Positions 55,749-64,000 of a stretch of DNA of 64,000 nucleotides are shown here, piece after piece. The translations under genes and the position numbers were made by a program. The notes below the pieces were generated by a model. The model was not told the DNA's origin. It worked only from the letters and a program-made list of their open reading frames with translations, and searched no databases. This DNA is from an uncultured virus (IMG/VR IMGVR_UViG_3300038315_001276). Lineage: Duplodnaviria; Heunggongvirae; Uroviricota; Caudoviricetes. The stretch lies in IMG/VR virus record IMGVR_UViG_3300038315_001276; one strand, written 5' to 3'. How positions within the stretch are numbered: the stretch's first letter is position 1; each line of letters starts with the position of its first letter.

Positions 55749-56009
55749 ATGATAACACACACGGACGATAGCCGGGATGCCGTGGCCGCGAGACTTAAGC
55801 GGGCAAGGGAAATCCTAGACTTGAGCAAGAAAGAGTTTGCTGAGCGTGCAGGCATTTCTATGCAAACCTATGGACCGTTCGAAAACGGCCATAGGGATCT
55901 GTCTCTGCAAAGCGCAAAGTTGCTTCGCAAAACTTACGGCTTGACCTTAGAGTATTTATACTTCGGCAACATCGAAGATTTGCCTACTAGGATCTCAAGA
56001 CATTTGTGA
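55749..56009 (+). CDS. XRE-family CI-like repressor without S24 peptidase domain
   Basis: RLKRARE.L.LS.KEFAE.AGIS...Y..FENG.R. Leaderless TATACT-N7-ATG. Confidence 0.85.
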   Translation: MITHTDDSRDAVAARLKRAREILDLSKKEFAERAGISMQTYGPFENGHRDLSLQSAKLLRKTYGLTLEYLYFGNIEDLPTRISRHL

Positions 56010-56104
56010 TCCAGCCCTCGCGTAAATTCTTCCCAGAAATCTAGGGACCATCCCGAATTTTCGCGGGCTTTCTTCAATAATTTCAGTCTGTATTCGTCAG
56101 TCAT
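55934..56104 (-). CDS. Unlisted 56-aa ORF convergent on and overlapping the repressor
   Basis: GAGGG RBS. Translated by hand as MTDEYRLKLLKKARENSGWS... Confidence 0.5.
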   Translation of the reverse strand: MTDEYRLKLLKKARENSGWSLDFWEEFTRGLDHKCLEILVGKSSMLPKYKYSKVKP

Positions 56105-56181
56105 AAATCCCTCAAGCGATAAATAAGGTAGCCAAACTACTTTAAGAGCGAGAATTTGGTAGTTCTAGCGCCCTTAAACAA

Positions 56182-56228
56182 ACTACGCAAATTGTTTATT
56201 TTTAATCTTGTACTACGCAAATTGTTTA
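56182..56228. promoter_or_regulatory. Repressor operators of the rightward early operon
   Basis: ACTACGCAAATTGTTTA at 56182 and 56212. Confidence 0.8.
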
Positions 56229-56254
56229 GCTAACCTCTTTTTCATCAACGGGAG

Positions 56255-56494
56255 ATGAAAATGAGTTTACGTGAAGACATGGAGGCCCTGAGCGCTGCTC
56301 AAGCGCGCGGCCCGAACAACGCTAAATTCCACATTCACGCTGAGCGCGCCGCGACCATGATGTCGCCGAGCGAGTATGCTCGTGTCAAAGCCGAGGAAGA
56401 GGCCGCACGGGCGGCACCTGACCCTTGGCCGTCTGATCCCTCCGCAAAGCCGATCTACAGCACGTATGGCTGGCTTACGGCGCGGGGGGAATGA
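56255..56494 (+). CDS. Hypothetical protein
   Basis: First gene after the operators, GGAG RBS. Confidence 0.65.
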   Translation: MKMSLREDMEALSAAQARGPNNAKFHIHAERAATMMSPSEYARVKAEEEAARAAPDPWPSDPSAKPIYSTYGWLTARGE

Positions 56495-56835
56495 GGATGA
56501 CCCAGACCCTCACCACCCAAGATATGCGCGGCGCTATGCCCGCCACAGATACCGTGACCTCCCGCACGGTAGGCAGTCGGGGGGCGGATGCCTCACCCGA
56601 TCACACTCCTCGACTGCACCAGATTTACTACGAGTTTTCGGACGCGGTGATTGAGGCGCGTCACATGACGTCTGCCGAGGTCGAGCGTCAAGCGTCGGCT
56701 CGGTCGCTGAATGCCCTCCAGATGTTGCTCTGCGCGGTTGCGCTGGCTTTCGCCGGCGGCATCGGCGCGGCCATCGCTGGCAAGGGCATCGCAAACCTCG
56801 CCCACTTCAATGTTAATTTTTCCACCCAAAACTGA
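56491..56835 (+). CDS. Hypothetical protein with C-terminal TM
   Basis: ATGA coupling. Confidence 0.6.
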   Translation: MRMTQTLTTQDMRGAMPATDTVTSRTVGSRGADASPDHTPRLHQIYYEFSDAVIEARHMTSAEVERQASARSLNALQMLLCAVALAFAGGIGAAIAGKGIANLAHFNVNFSTQN

Positions 56836-56845
56836 GGACACAAAC

Positions 56846-57880
56846 ATGGCCGATCCAGCACAAGACACCACCGACGAAACCACAGGCACAGACCTGATCC
56901 AGATCCCGCACAAGGACGAGGTGCCCGCCCTGTTCGCTAAGGAAGGCGGCATCGAGGCCTTGGTCAGTTCTATTAAAGAAGCGGTGCGCACTTTCGATAC
57001 AGACATCAGTACCGCCGCCGGCCGAAAAGCCGCAAAAGCACTGGCTGCCAAGATTTCACGGTCGAAGACGTTGATCGATGACGTTGGTAAAGAGCTGAAC
57101 GAAGAGCGCAACCGCCAGAACAAGGAGGTGAACGCCAAGCGGAACTACGCGAAGGCAGAGCTCGACCAGTTGCGCGACGAAACGAAGGCCCCCGTCGAAG
57201 CATGGGAAGCCGAACAAGCCGAACGCAAACGCCAGTTCCTACTGCGCCTCGATGTGTTCGACCTTGAGCGCGCCACGTCCAGCGACGACACGGCGACCAT
57301 CCAAGGCATCATCGACCAGATCACAGGCACCGCCATCGATGACAGCTGGGAAGAATACGAGGCCGACGCCAAGAGCGCGAAGGCAGCCGCCCTGGTCAAG
57401 TATGAGAGCGACCTCGCCATTGCGAAGGTGCGCGAGGAGCAAGCGGCCGAGCTGGAAGCCCTGCGCGCCGAGAAGGCCGAACGTGATGCGGCAGAGGCCA
57501 AGCGCGCCGAGCAAGAGCGGATCGCCAAAGAAGAACAGGAACGCGAGCAGCGTGCAGCAGAGCGGGAAAAAGCCGCCGCTGCAGAGGCAGAGGCGCGTGC
57601 AAAAGCGGACGCAGAAGCCGCCGAGCAACGCCATGCCGAGCGCCTTGCCGCCGCCAAGCGCGAAGCCGAAGAAGCCGCCCAGAAAGAGCGCGACCGGATC
57701 GCGGCCGAGCAGAAGGCCGAAGAGGAAGCCGCCGCTGCCCGCGCCGCCGATAAGAAGTACCGCCAGAAGATCCGCACCGAGATCGTCAACTCCATCACAG
57801 CAGCAGCCCCCGGCAATTGGGAAGAGCTGGTGGACATGATGATCGTTGGCGAGATCGAGCATGTGAAGGTGGTGATCTGA
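56846..57880 (+). CDS. Coiled-coil phage early protein
   Basis: D.STA.GRKA..SKT.ID.VGK and a long A/E/R/K-rich coil. Confidence 0.8.
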   Translation: MADPAQDTTDETTGTDLIQIPHKDEVPALFAKEGGIEALVSSIKEAVRTFDTDISTAAGRKAAKALAAKISRSKTLIDDVGKELNEERNRQNKEVNAKRNYAKAELDQLRDETKAPVEAWEAEQAERKRQFLLRLDVFDLERATSSDDTATIQGIIDQITGTAIDDSWEEYEADAKSAKAAALVKYESDLAIAKVREEQAAELEALRAEKAERDAAEAKRAEQERIAKEEQEREQRAAEREKAAAAEAEARAKADAEAAEQRHAERLAAAKREAEEAAQKERDRIAAEQKAEEEAAAARAADKKYRQKIRTEIVNSITAAAPGNWEELVDMMIVGEIEHVKVVI

Positions 57881-58617
57881 TGGACCTCATTCTGCCAAAG
57901 CTAATCCGCGTCATCGACTATGAGACAACCGGCACTCAGGACGACGAGAGCGCTGAGATTATCGAGTTTGGACGTATCGATGTCGATCTGGATACGCTGG
58001 ACATCATTAACCCTTGGACGTCGTTAGCCAAACCATCTGGGCCAATCCCTCCTGTGACTATGGCCGTGCACCATATCACAGATGCAGATGTCGAAGACGC
58101 GCCAAAGCGAGGCGATCTGTGGAAGCCGTTTTGGGACGGCTGTGGTCAAGGCGACATCGCCGCGGCGCATAACGCCAAGTTCGAGCAGCATTTCCATGCC
58201 GGAAACGGGCGCAAGTGGATTTGCACATATAAATCCGCATTGGTTGTTTGGCCTGATGCCCCAAGCCACGGAAACCAGGCGCTACGCTACTGGCTCGACG
58301 TTGATCGCAAGCATATCGACTTTGAAAAGGATCGCGCAGATCCGCCTCACCGTGCGCTCCCAGATGCCTATGTTACGGCTCACATTCTGGTCGAACTACT
58401 AAAGCACAAGACGCCAGAAGAGCTGGTGCAGATTTCCAGCTATCCAGCCCTCCTGAACACGCTTCGTTTCGGCAAGCACAAGGGTATGAGGTTTGAAGAA
58501 GCCCCAGCAGATTACCTGCACTGGATCCGCGATAAGTCTGATCTTGATGAAGACACAAAGTTCTCCGCGAAATACTGGCTGAAACGCCGCGCAAATGCGG
58601 AAGGCGGTGCGTCATGA
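57880..58617 (+). CDS. DEDDh 3'-5' exonuclease (ExoX-like)
   Basis: IDYETTG, AHNA.FE, HRAL.DAY and C-terminal FGKHKG...YL.W. Confidence 0.9.
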   Translation: MDLILPKLIRVIDYETTGTQDDESAEIIEFGRIDVDLDTLDIINPWTSLAKPSGPIPPVTMAVHHITDADVEDAPKRGDLWKPFWDGCGQGDIAAAHNAKFEQHFHAGNGRKWICTYKSALVVWPDAPSHGNQALRYWLDVDRKHIDFEKDRADPPHRALPDAYVTAHILVELLKHKTPEELVQISSYPALLNTLRFGKHKGMRFEEAPADYLHWIRDKSDLDEDTKFSAKYWLKRRANAEGGAS

Positions 58618-58856
58618 CCGACATTCTGGAAGCAGATTGGGCTGAAACCTTGCCTGATGGCGACGAAGGCGCGCGATATTACAAAGTGGGAAAACCAATA
58701 TCGGCGCTTTCCCCAATGTGGATATGCACCCGCATTACCGTTCAGACAGATGAACCTGGACTGCACGGATACATGCGGCGCGTGTGTATCTGGAAGGGGG
58801 AAACTCTAGCAGTCGAATTCCCTTTCATCTCTGCAGGCGCAGTGGGGTATCTCTGA
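58614..58856 (+). CDS. Hypothetical protein
   Basis: Coupled ORF. Confidence 0.6.
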   Translation: MTDILEADWAETLPDGDEGARYYKVGKPISALSPMWICTRITVQTDEPGLHGYMRRVCIWKGETLAVEFPFISAGAVGYL

Positions 58857-59824
58857 TGACCTACGAGATCATCGACCTCCCAGAAGGCGAGCTGATCACT
58901 GAGCCGGGGTTCTACCGGATCAGCCTCGATCGGCACCACAACCAGCCCTGCGACGGCGTGAGCGTCACGTCAGGCGTGCTGCGCAAGATGAACAAGCACG
59001 GCCCCAGCAAAGTTTGGGCCACGCACATCCTCAACCCCAACCGGCATGAGCCTAAGCGCACGGACGCCCTGCGCCTTGGGTCTGCAATGGCAGCGTTTAT
59101 CGAGGGCGGCATCGACGGCCTGAACGCTGAATACCAGACCGTTGCGGAGAACGCCCCCAACCGCCCCACCAAGGCGCAGCTGCAGGCTTTGAAGGAAGGC
59201 CGCGCCAGCAAGACAGCCCTCGCCACCATTGCTTTCTGGGAAGAGGTCGACCGTGACGGGCGCGAGGTCATCAAAGAGCATGAGCTTGAGCTGATGGCGG
59301 CAATGGGTCTGGCGCTGTCGCAAGATCCGGCAGCCTCGGCCGTGCTTGGCGGTGAACCTGAAATCACGATGGCGGCGTATGACGAACGCACGAAGCTTTG
59401 GTTTTTGTCCCGACCGGACAACATGAACTTCCAAGGCCTCATGTCCGATTATAAGAAGTGTAATACAGGCGGAGCCCCTTTTGATGGCTACTTCTGCGAC
59501 CGACGTATCGAAGATCACGGCTACTATTGCCAGATGGCTTTTGCCGCAGACGTTTTCGAGCGTTTGACCGGTGTTTGGTCAGATCAATCCGGACTTATTT
59601 TTCAGGAAGATACCGCGCCATATGACTGCATTCTACGCGGTCTTAGCGAGGAAGATTTGCGGTTCGGGCAATTCCTAAACAACCAGGCGGCCAGACAGTT
59701 CAGGGAATGCCTGGACGCAAACCACTGGCCGGGACCGGGCGAAGTCGTCGGCATGTTCCATATGAGGGAAGAGCGTCGTCTTGCCTTGCTTGAGCAGATG
59801 CAGACAGCGGGGTTAGCGCCATGA
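58856..59824 (+). CDS. RecE/ExoVIII-like PD-(D/E)XK exonuclease
   Basis: SRPD...DYK...GY..QMA, upstream of recT. Confidence 0.85.
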   Translation: MTYEIIDLPEGELITEPGFYRISLDRHHNQPCDGVSVTSGVLRKMNKHGPSKVWATHILNPNRHEPKRTDALRLGSAMAAFIEGGIDGLNAEYQTVAENAPNRPTKAQLQALKEGRASKTALATIAFWEEVDRDGREVIKEHELELMAAMGLALSQDPAASAVLGGEPEITMAAYDERTKLWFLSRPDNMNFQGLMSDYKKCNTGGAPFDGYFCDRRIEDHGYYCQMAFAADVFERLTGVWSDQSGLIFQEDTAPYDCILRGLSEEDLRFGQFLNNQAARQFRECLDANHWPGPGEVVGMFHMREERRLALLEQMQTAGLAP

Positions 59825-60015
59825 AATCCAACATTGTCGACATCGACGTAGAGGTGTCTCACCGAACTGAAAAAGCCGTCTTGGTCCATACGGGGATCAA
59901 GGAAGACGCGGTTTGGCTTCCACTTTCTCAAATTGAAATCGAGCCATCAGGGGTTGCAGGGATCGAAACGATCAGCCTGCCCGAAAATTTGGCCGCTGAA
60001 AAAGGACTTATCTAA
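59821..60015 (+). CDS. Small phage protein
   Basis: TEKAVL..VWLPLSQ...A.EKGL. Confidence 0.7.
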   Translation: MKSNIVDIDVEVSHRTEKAVLVHTGIKEDAVWLPLSQIEIEPSGVAGIETISLPENLAAEKGLI

Positions 60016-61016
60016 TGAACGATACCACCAACAGACAATCCGCCGACCTGATCCTGCGCGAAAAGCGCCGGCAGGAGCTGGGGGAAACCACGTTCAATAC
60101 CGGCGCACAAGGCGGCGCGCTCATGCAGCCGCGTAACGGCAAAGAGCTGATGGACATGGCGAACATGATGGCCGGTTGCGGCACGATGGTTCGTGACTTC
60201 TACCGCGGCAGCCCGGGCGATTGCGCGGCCCTGATCATGATCTGCCAGCCCTACGGCTTTAACCCATATCAGGTCAGCTGGAAGACGTACAAGGCCAGCA
60301 AGAGCGCTGATGCCCCCGTGTCGTTCGAAGGCCAGCTGGTGAACGCCATGCTGAACATGAGCGCCCCTGTGAAGGGTCGGTTGAAGTATCGCTACGAGAA
60401 CGAGGGCACGGAAAACCTGACCTGCACCGTGACGGGCATCGATAAGGAGACGGGTGAAGAGATCATCTACACCTCCCCGCCCGTCAAGCAGATCCCCGTC
60501 AAGAACAGCCCGCTCTGGAAAGGCGACCCGCAGCAGCAGCTTGGGTATTACAGCGCCCGCGCATGGGCCCGCCGTCACTTCCCCGAGCTTCTGTTGGGCG
60601 TCTACACCCGCGAAGAGATCGAGGAAGCGCCTTCCGTTCGGGACGTCACCCCACCGCAAGCGACGGGTGGTTGGGCGCAGCAGGCGCGTGAGGCCCGCGG
60701 CGAGGTCGTACAGGAGCCCGAGCGGGACGAGCCAGCTGATGACACCGCCCACAGCACCGACGACATCGAGGACGCCCAGATGGCGGATGACGTTGACCCT
60801 GACGAAGACGTCGGCGGGTTCGAGGATGAAGGCGGCACCCACTGGACGGCAGACGTCGACCCCGACGAAGGCAACCCCGGCAGCCAAGCGTGGGACGCTG
60901 GCATTGAGGCGTTCAAGCAGGGCGCACCGATCACAGACTGCCCGCATGAGGACAACATGGAAGACGCCCAAGATTGGCTTGGCGGATACGCAGGCGCGCG
61001 GAGGGCAGCAGAATGA
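60015..61016 (+). CDS. recT: RecT-family annealase with C-terminal RMF-like domain
   Basis: G.PGDC, FEGQLV.A, NSPLWK.DP.QQL.Y...RAWARR.FPE.LLGVY. Confidence 0.85.
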   Translation: MNDTTNRQSADLILREKRRQELGETTFNTGAQGGALMQPRNGKELMDMANMMAGCGTMVRDFYRGSPGDCAALIMICQPYGFNPYQVSWKTYKASKSADAPVSFEGQLVNAMLNMSAPVKGRLKYRYENEGTENLTCTVTGIDKETGEEIIYTSPPVKQIPVKNSPLWKGDPQQQLGYYSARAWARRHFPELLLGVYTREEIEEAPSVRDVTPPQATGGWAQQAREARGEVVQEPERDEPADDTAHSTDDIEDAQMADDVDPDEDVGGFEDEGGTHWTADVDPDEGNPGSQAWDAGIEAFKQGAPITDCPHEDNMEDAQDWLGGYAGARRAAE

Positions 61017-61255
61017 AAAAGCCGGTAAATCTTATGTTTGTCAGCGAAGTACACAAGGAACCTGACGGGGTAAACTTGGGGCTCAAGGCGGTTGGTGACC
61101 CGTCGTCTTGCGTCAACATCATAATCCATGCCCCGGCTCACATCGCTAACAGCCTAGTTGGCTTGCAAGTGTTTGTTGAGGGCGGCTGGGGCGACATCTG
61201 CCGCATCGTCGGTTGGCCCACCCCTCCATGCATCACGGAAGGATCACCGTCATGA
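61013..61255 (+). CDS. Hypothetical protein
   Basis: ATGA-coupled chain. Confidence 0.55.
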   Translation: MKKPVNLMFVSEVHKEPDGVNLGLKAVGDPSSCVNIIIHAPAHIANSLVGLQVFVEGGWGDICRIVGWPTPPCITEGSPS

Positions 61256-61422
61256 CAACCGAGACGCTGACCGTATTATCGATTGCCGGATATGTGGGGG
61301 CTGTGGTGTTTGCCGCAGACCTTCGCACCCCCGCCGCCATCGATCCCGTTCAAGCCAAGGCATTCGCGCTGATCTGTTTCTGCGTCGGCGCGATCCTTCA
61401 AATTACGGTGGTGGTCCAATGA
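61252..61422 (+). CDS. Small two-TM protein
   Basis: ATGA-coupled chain. Confidence 0.55.
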   Translation: MTTETLTVLSIAGYVGAVVFAADLRTPAAIDPVQAKAFALICFCVGAILQITVVVQ

Positions 61423-61676
61423 CTATCAAAACTGTCGACACCTACGACACCGAAGGGCTTTTCGTCACGATCGTTGAGGGCAAGAACCAAGCCCCGATGA
61501 TCCTTGAGACGGAAGGCAATTTTTCCAGCTTCGACCAGGCCCAAGAGCGGATCAAGAGAGGGCACTGGCTACGCGCCTGTGTGTGCCGAGTGGTCCCTGT
61601 ATCCGGCAACGAGCTCTTGGCGCTGGATATGTTGCGCATGCAGCCCCTGCGCGAACAAGAGGAGGAACTGTTTTGA
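61419..61676 (+). CDS. Hypothetical protein
   Basis: ATGA-coupled chain. Confidence 0.55.
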   Translation: MTIKTVDTYDTEGLFVTIVEGKNQAPMILETEGNFSSFDQAQERIKRGHWLRACVCRVVPVSGNELLALDMLRMQPLREQEEELF

Positions 61677-62002
61677 CCTATTTCACACAGAAGGAAGCCA
61701 AGCAGACCAAGTGCCCTGTCGCGCGCACCTTTGACGATGGGAAGAGCGCGACATGCGACGGCGATAAATGCCTGTTGTGGCGCTGGCGCGATCTGCCCGC
61801 AAACGATCACCGGGTGCTTGGGGCCTACGCCCGCGTCCAGCAGGATCTGCTTGCGGCCGAGCGCGAGAAGAACCCCGACACCAAGAAAACGGCCAACAGC
61901 TTCCACAAGGATGCCGTCGCCACCGTAGCAGCTGCGCCGTGGGATTTCATTTTCATGGTCGACGATGACCGCGGGTTCTGTGGTCTGGGGGGCAAGCCAT
62001 GA
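61673..62002 (+). CDS. Cys-rich phage protein
   Basis: EA..KCP..C....C..WRW...GFCGLGG, GGAGG RBS. Confidence 0.65.
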   Translation: MTYFTQKEAKQTKCPVARTFDDGKSATCDGDKCLLWRWRDLPANDHRVLGAYARVQQDLLAAEREKNPDTKKTANSFHKDAVATVAAAPWDFIFMVDDDRGFCGLGGKP

Positions 62003-62604
62003 TCAAGCCAGACATCACGCCCGAGGCGATAGACCGCTTGATCGAGAGCATCAAGGTCAGCGCCGTCGATAACTATCTTGATGCGATTGCGGCCCTGCGC
62101 GCCCAAGCCGCCCGAATTGCTGAGTTGGAGGCGATGGCCCAGCAATACCTTACGGATGTTGATGATCGTCACGACGCAATCGCCAGCGCCCGCAATGACG
62201 CGATGCGTCAATTTGCTGTTCTAGTTAGGGCGGAATGGGAGCTCCAAGGGCTTGAGAAAATGAACCAATTTCTGCGTGAAGTCGCAGAAGGAGGGGTAAC
62301 CACTACACAAGTAGGCATCATGAACCCGCAGGTTCTCCCCAATACCCTGTCCGAGGCACAGCGCGAGATCACACGCCTGCGCAAGGAACTGGACGCGGCT
62401 CAAAAGCTCGCCATGTTCGACGGCCAAGATTTAGTCGCGGTCTATGTCGCGGGCCGGTCCAACGCCCTCGATGAAGCCGCGAACACTGCGGATCAGCACT
62501 ATGCACAAGGTGATACCGGAAACCCCGGCCACCATATTCGCGCCCTGAAAAAGGAGAGCAGTCATGTCACGCCATGCCTCGCTAACCGACAAGCAAACGC
62601 TTGA
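61999..62604 (+). CDS. Coiled-coil hypothetical protein (Ead-like)
   Basis: ARIAELE and ALDEAA motifs. Confidence 0.65.
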   Translation: MIKPDITPEAIDRLIESIKVSAVDNYLDAIAALRAQAARIAELEAMAQQYLTDVDDRHDAIASARNDAMRQFAVLVRAEWELQGLEKMNQFLREVAEGGVTTTQVGIMNPQVLPNTLSEAQREITRLRKELDAAQKLAMFDGQDLVAVYVAGRSNALDEAANTADQHYAQGDTGNPGHHIRALKKESSHVTPCLANRQANA

Positions 62605-62779
62605 AGCGCTGGACCTGCGCGACAACGAAGGCTGGACGATGACGCAGATCGGCACGCGCTTCGGCAAGTCCAAGAGCGCGATCATCGGTTTGCTCAGCCG
62701 GATCAATAAGGACACCGACAAGAGCGATCCAGACAATATTCAAAACGGCACTATGCCCAGAAAATGGTGGAAGAAATGA
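62564..62779 (+). CDS. GcrA N-terminal-like HTH protein
   Basis: EGWTMTQIG.RFGKSKSAIIG.L.RI. Confidence 0.6.
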   Translation: MSRHASLTDKQTLEALDLRDNEGWTMTQIGTRFGKSKSAIIGLLSRINKDTDKSDPDNIQNGTMPRKWWKK

Positions 62780-63162
62780 GCTATTACAATCCGCACCTCA
62801 TGACCAAGGTGGTTTCGTCTCACATCATGAAGGCCGCAAACGGCAAGCCCTGCACCCTGCGCATTGCCAGCTTCTATCCTGGGCACACATGCAGCAGCGA
62901 TGACACGACCGTTGGATGCCACCTGTCAGCTGGTGGCAAGGGAACCTCCACAAAGGAAACCGTCCTCGCAGTGAGCTTCGGGTGCAAAGCCTGTCACGAC
63001 ATTCTCGATGGCCGAGATTGGAAGCGCACCGAATACATCAAAGAGAAATACCCTATGGCCTTCATGGAACGGGTGCTGTCGTCCCTTATCGAAACGCAAG
63101 CGATGCTTGTCGATGACGGTCTGATCGTCGTTCCAGGCGCGAAGATCCTGCGAAGCTATTGA
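62776..63162 (+). CDS. YbcO/DUF1364-like HNH-type nuclease
   Basis: A.G.PCTLRI...TTV.CH...C..CHD.LDGR. Confidence 0.8.
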   Translation: MSYYNPHLMTKVVSSHIMKAANGKPCTLRIASFYPGHTCSSDDTTVGCHLSAGGKGTSTKETVLAVSFGCKACHDILDGRDWKRTEYIKEKYPMAFMERVLSSLIETQAMLVDDGLIVVPGAKILRSY

Positions 63163-63163
63163 T

Positions 63164-63403
63164 ATGGCCGAAAGTCTCTACATCAAAGAGGCCGAGGTTG
63201 CCCGCCTGCTACGGCACGACATCACCTGGTTGAAGAAGAACGCGACCTGTTTGGAGAGCCAGTACGGCTTTCCGACAGTTGACCCCGCCATCGGCCACCG
63301 CCATCGTGGAGCGATCGAGGCTTGGGCGCAGGAGCGCAACATGCGATCGACTACCAAACCCAAGTTGTCCGAAACCAACCGGGAGAATTACGATGAATTT
63401 TAA
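63164..63403 (+). CDS. Probable excisionase
   Basis: Small HTH with GFP..D, overlaps the integrase start. Confidence 0.65.
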   Translation: MAESLYIKEAEVARLLRHDITWLKKNATCLESQYGFPTVDPAIGHRHRGAIEAWAQERNMRSTTKPKLSETNRENYDEF

Positions 63404-64000
63404 ACAAAGCCTATGGGACGATAGCGACCCGCTATACGCCCCATGTATGAAGAAGATCCGCAACGGATACTTCTGGGTTCCCCCCAAGAAATACCGCGAT
63501 CAAGGCTATGGGATCAAAACCTATAAGCTGGAAGGCACAGTGGGCGACGGCGAGGATATGGCCCGCGCCCGCCACGCCCGCGCCCTCACGCGCGAGATGG
63601 TGAACTGGTACGAGGGGGTGACCGAGGGCAAGCAGCCGGGCACATGGGCTTGGCTGATTGCACGCTACCTGAACGACGAAGACAGCGACATCTGGGAGGT
63701 GCGTTCCAACACGCGCAAGCAGTACAAGGAAGTCACCTACATGATCGAGCGGGCCATCGGCTCTGTCTTTCTGGCAGAAACCGACTTCACCCGTATGCGG
63801 GCTTGGCAGCGCGTCATGCGCGAGAAGGGCCGCAGCGCCAGCTACATCAAGCGCTGGTACAATCACCTGAGCATGATCCTGTCATACGGAATCAAGATCG
63901 GTGACGCAGAAACCCGCGATGACTGCCTGCGCATCAAGGCGATCCGCGGGGAAATGCGCATCAAGGGCGGTGCACGCCGTCAGGTCTTTATCACCCGCCA
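63393..64000 (+). CDS. int: Prophage tyrosine integrase, N-terminal part (runs off the window)
   Basis: Open frame from ATG 63393 to the edge with a GTW.WLI.RY...TRK.Y core-binding-like motif. Catalytic domain not visible. Confidence 0.7.
   Translation, partial: MNFKQSLWDDSDPLYAPCMKKIRNGYFWVPPKKYRDQGYGIKTYKLEGTVGDGEDMARARHARALTREMVNWYEGVTEGKQPGTWAWLIARYLNDEDSDIWEVRSNTRKQYKEVTYMIERAIGSVFLAETDFTRMRAWQRVMREKGRSASYIKRWYNHLSMILSYGIKIGDAETRDDCLRIKAIRGEMRIKGGARRQVFITR

Larger units (their letters stand above)
18066..64000. mobile_element. Temperate podovirus-type prophage (BPP-1/epsilon15-like architecture), truncated by the window edge
   Basis: tRNA-Leu half at the left end, then lysis, tail, ejection, capsid, portal, terminase, replication, immunity and recombination modules, and xis/int at the right edge. 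Confidence 0.92.

Noticed and set aside
1..64000. CRISPR array
   Set aside because: No regularly spaced repeat-spacer series. The repeats found are att sites, operators, iterons and promoter boxes.

Overview
Alphaproteobacterial DNA (probably Rhodobacteraceae, inferred from gene content) made up almost entirely of two mobile elements integrated in tandem at one tRNA-Leu(UAG) locus. (1) At 96-18091, an ~18 kb element bounded by a 42-bp direct repeat. It encodes a tyrosine integrase, a complete HK97-type head, packaging and neck set, two tail-assembly chaperones and a tape measure protein. It has no recognisable tail tube, tail tip/fibre, lysis, repressor or replication gene, so it reads as a capsid-forming satellite that must borrow tail parts. 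Its cargo includes an AT-rich P-loop NTPase and a LexA box. (2) At 18066->64000, a temperate podovirus prophage with BPP-1/epsilon15-like structural genes, running off the right edge inside its integrase. Ten copies of GTGCAT, usually followed by N22-nAnnnT, mark its late promoters, four of them leaderless. It also carries an EpsG/Wzy-like conversion gene, an Acb2/Tad1-like sponge candidate, a large terminase lacking the Walker A lysine, and a divergent plasmid-leading-region-like (anti-defence?) cluster next to terS. All family calls come from motifs recognised by eye and from synteny. No database search was run.
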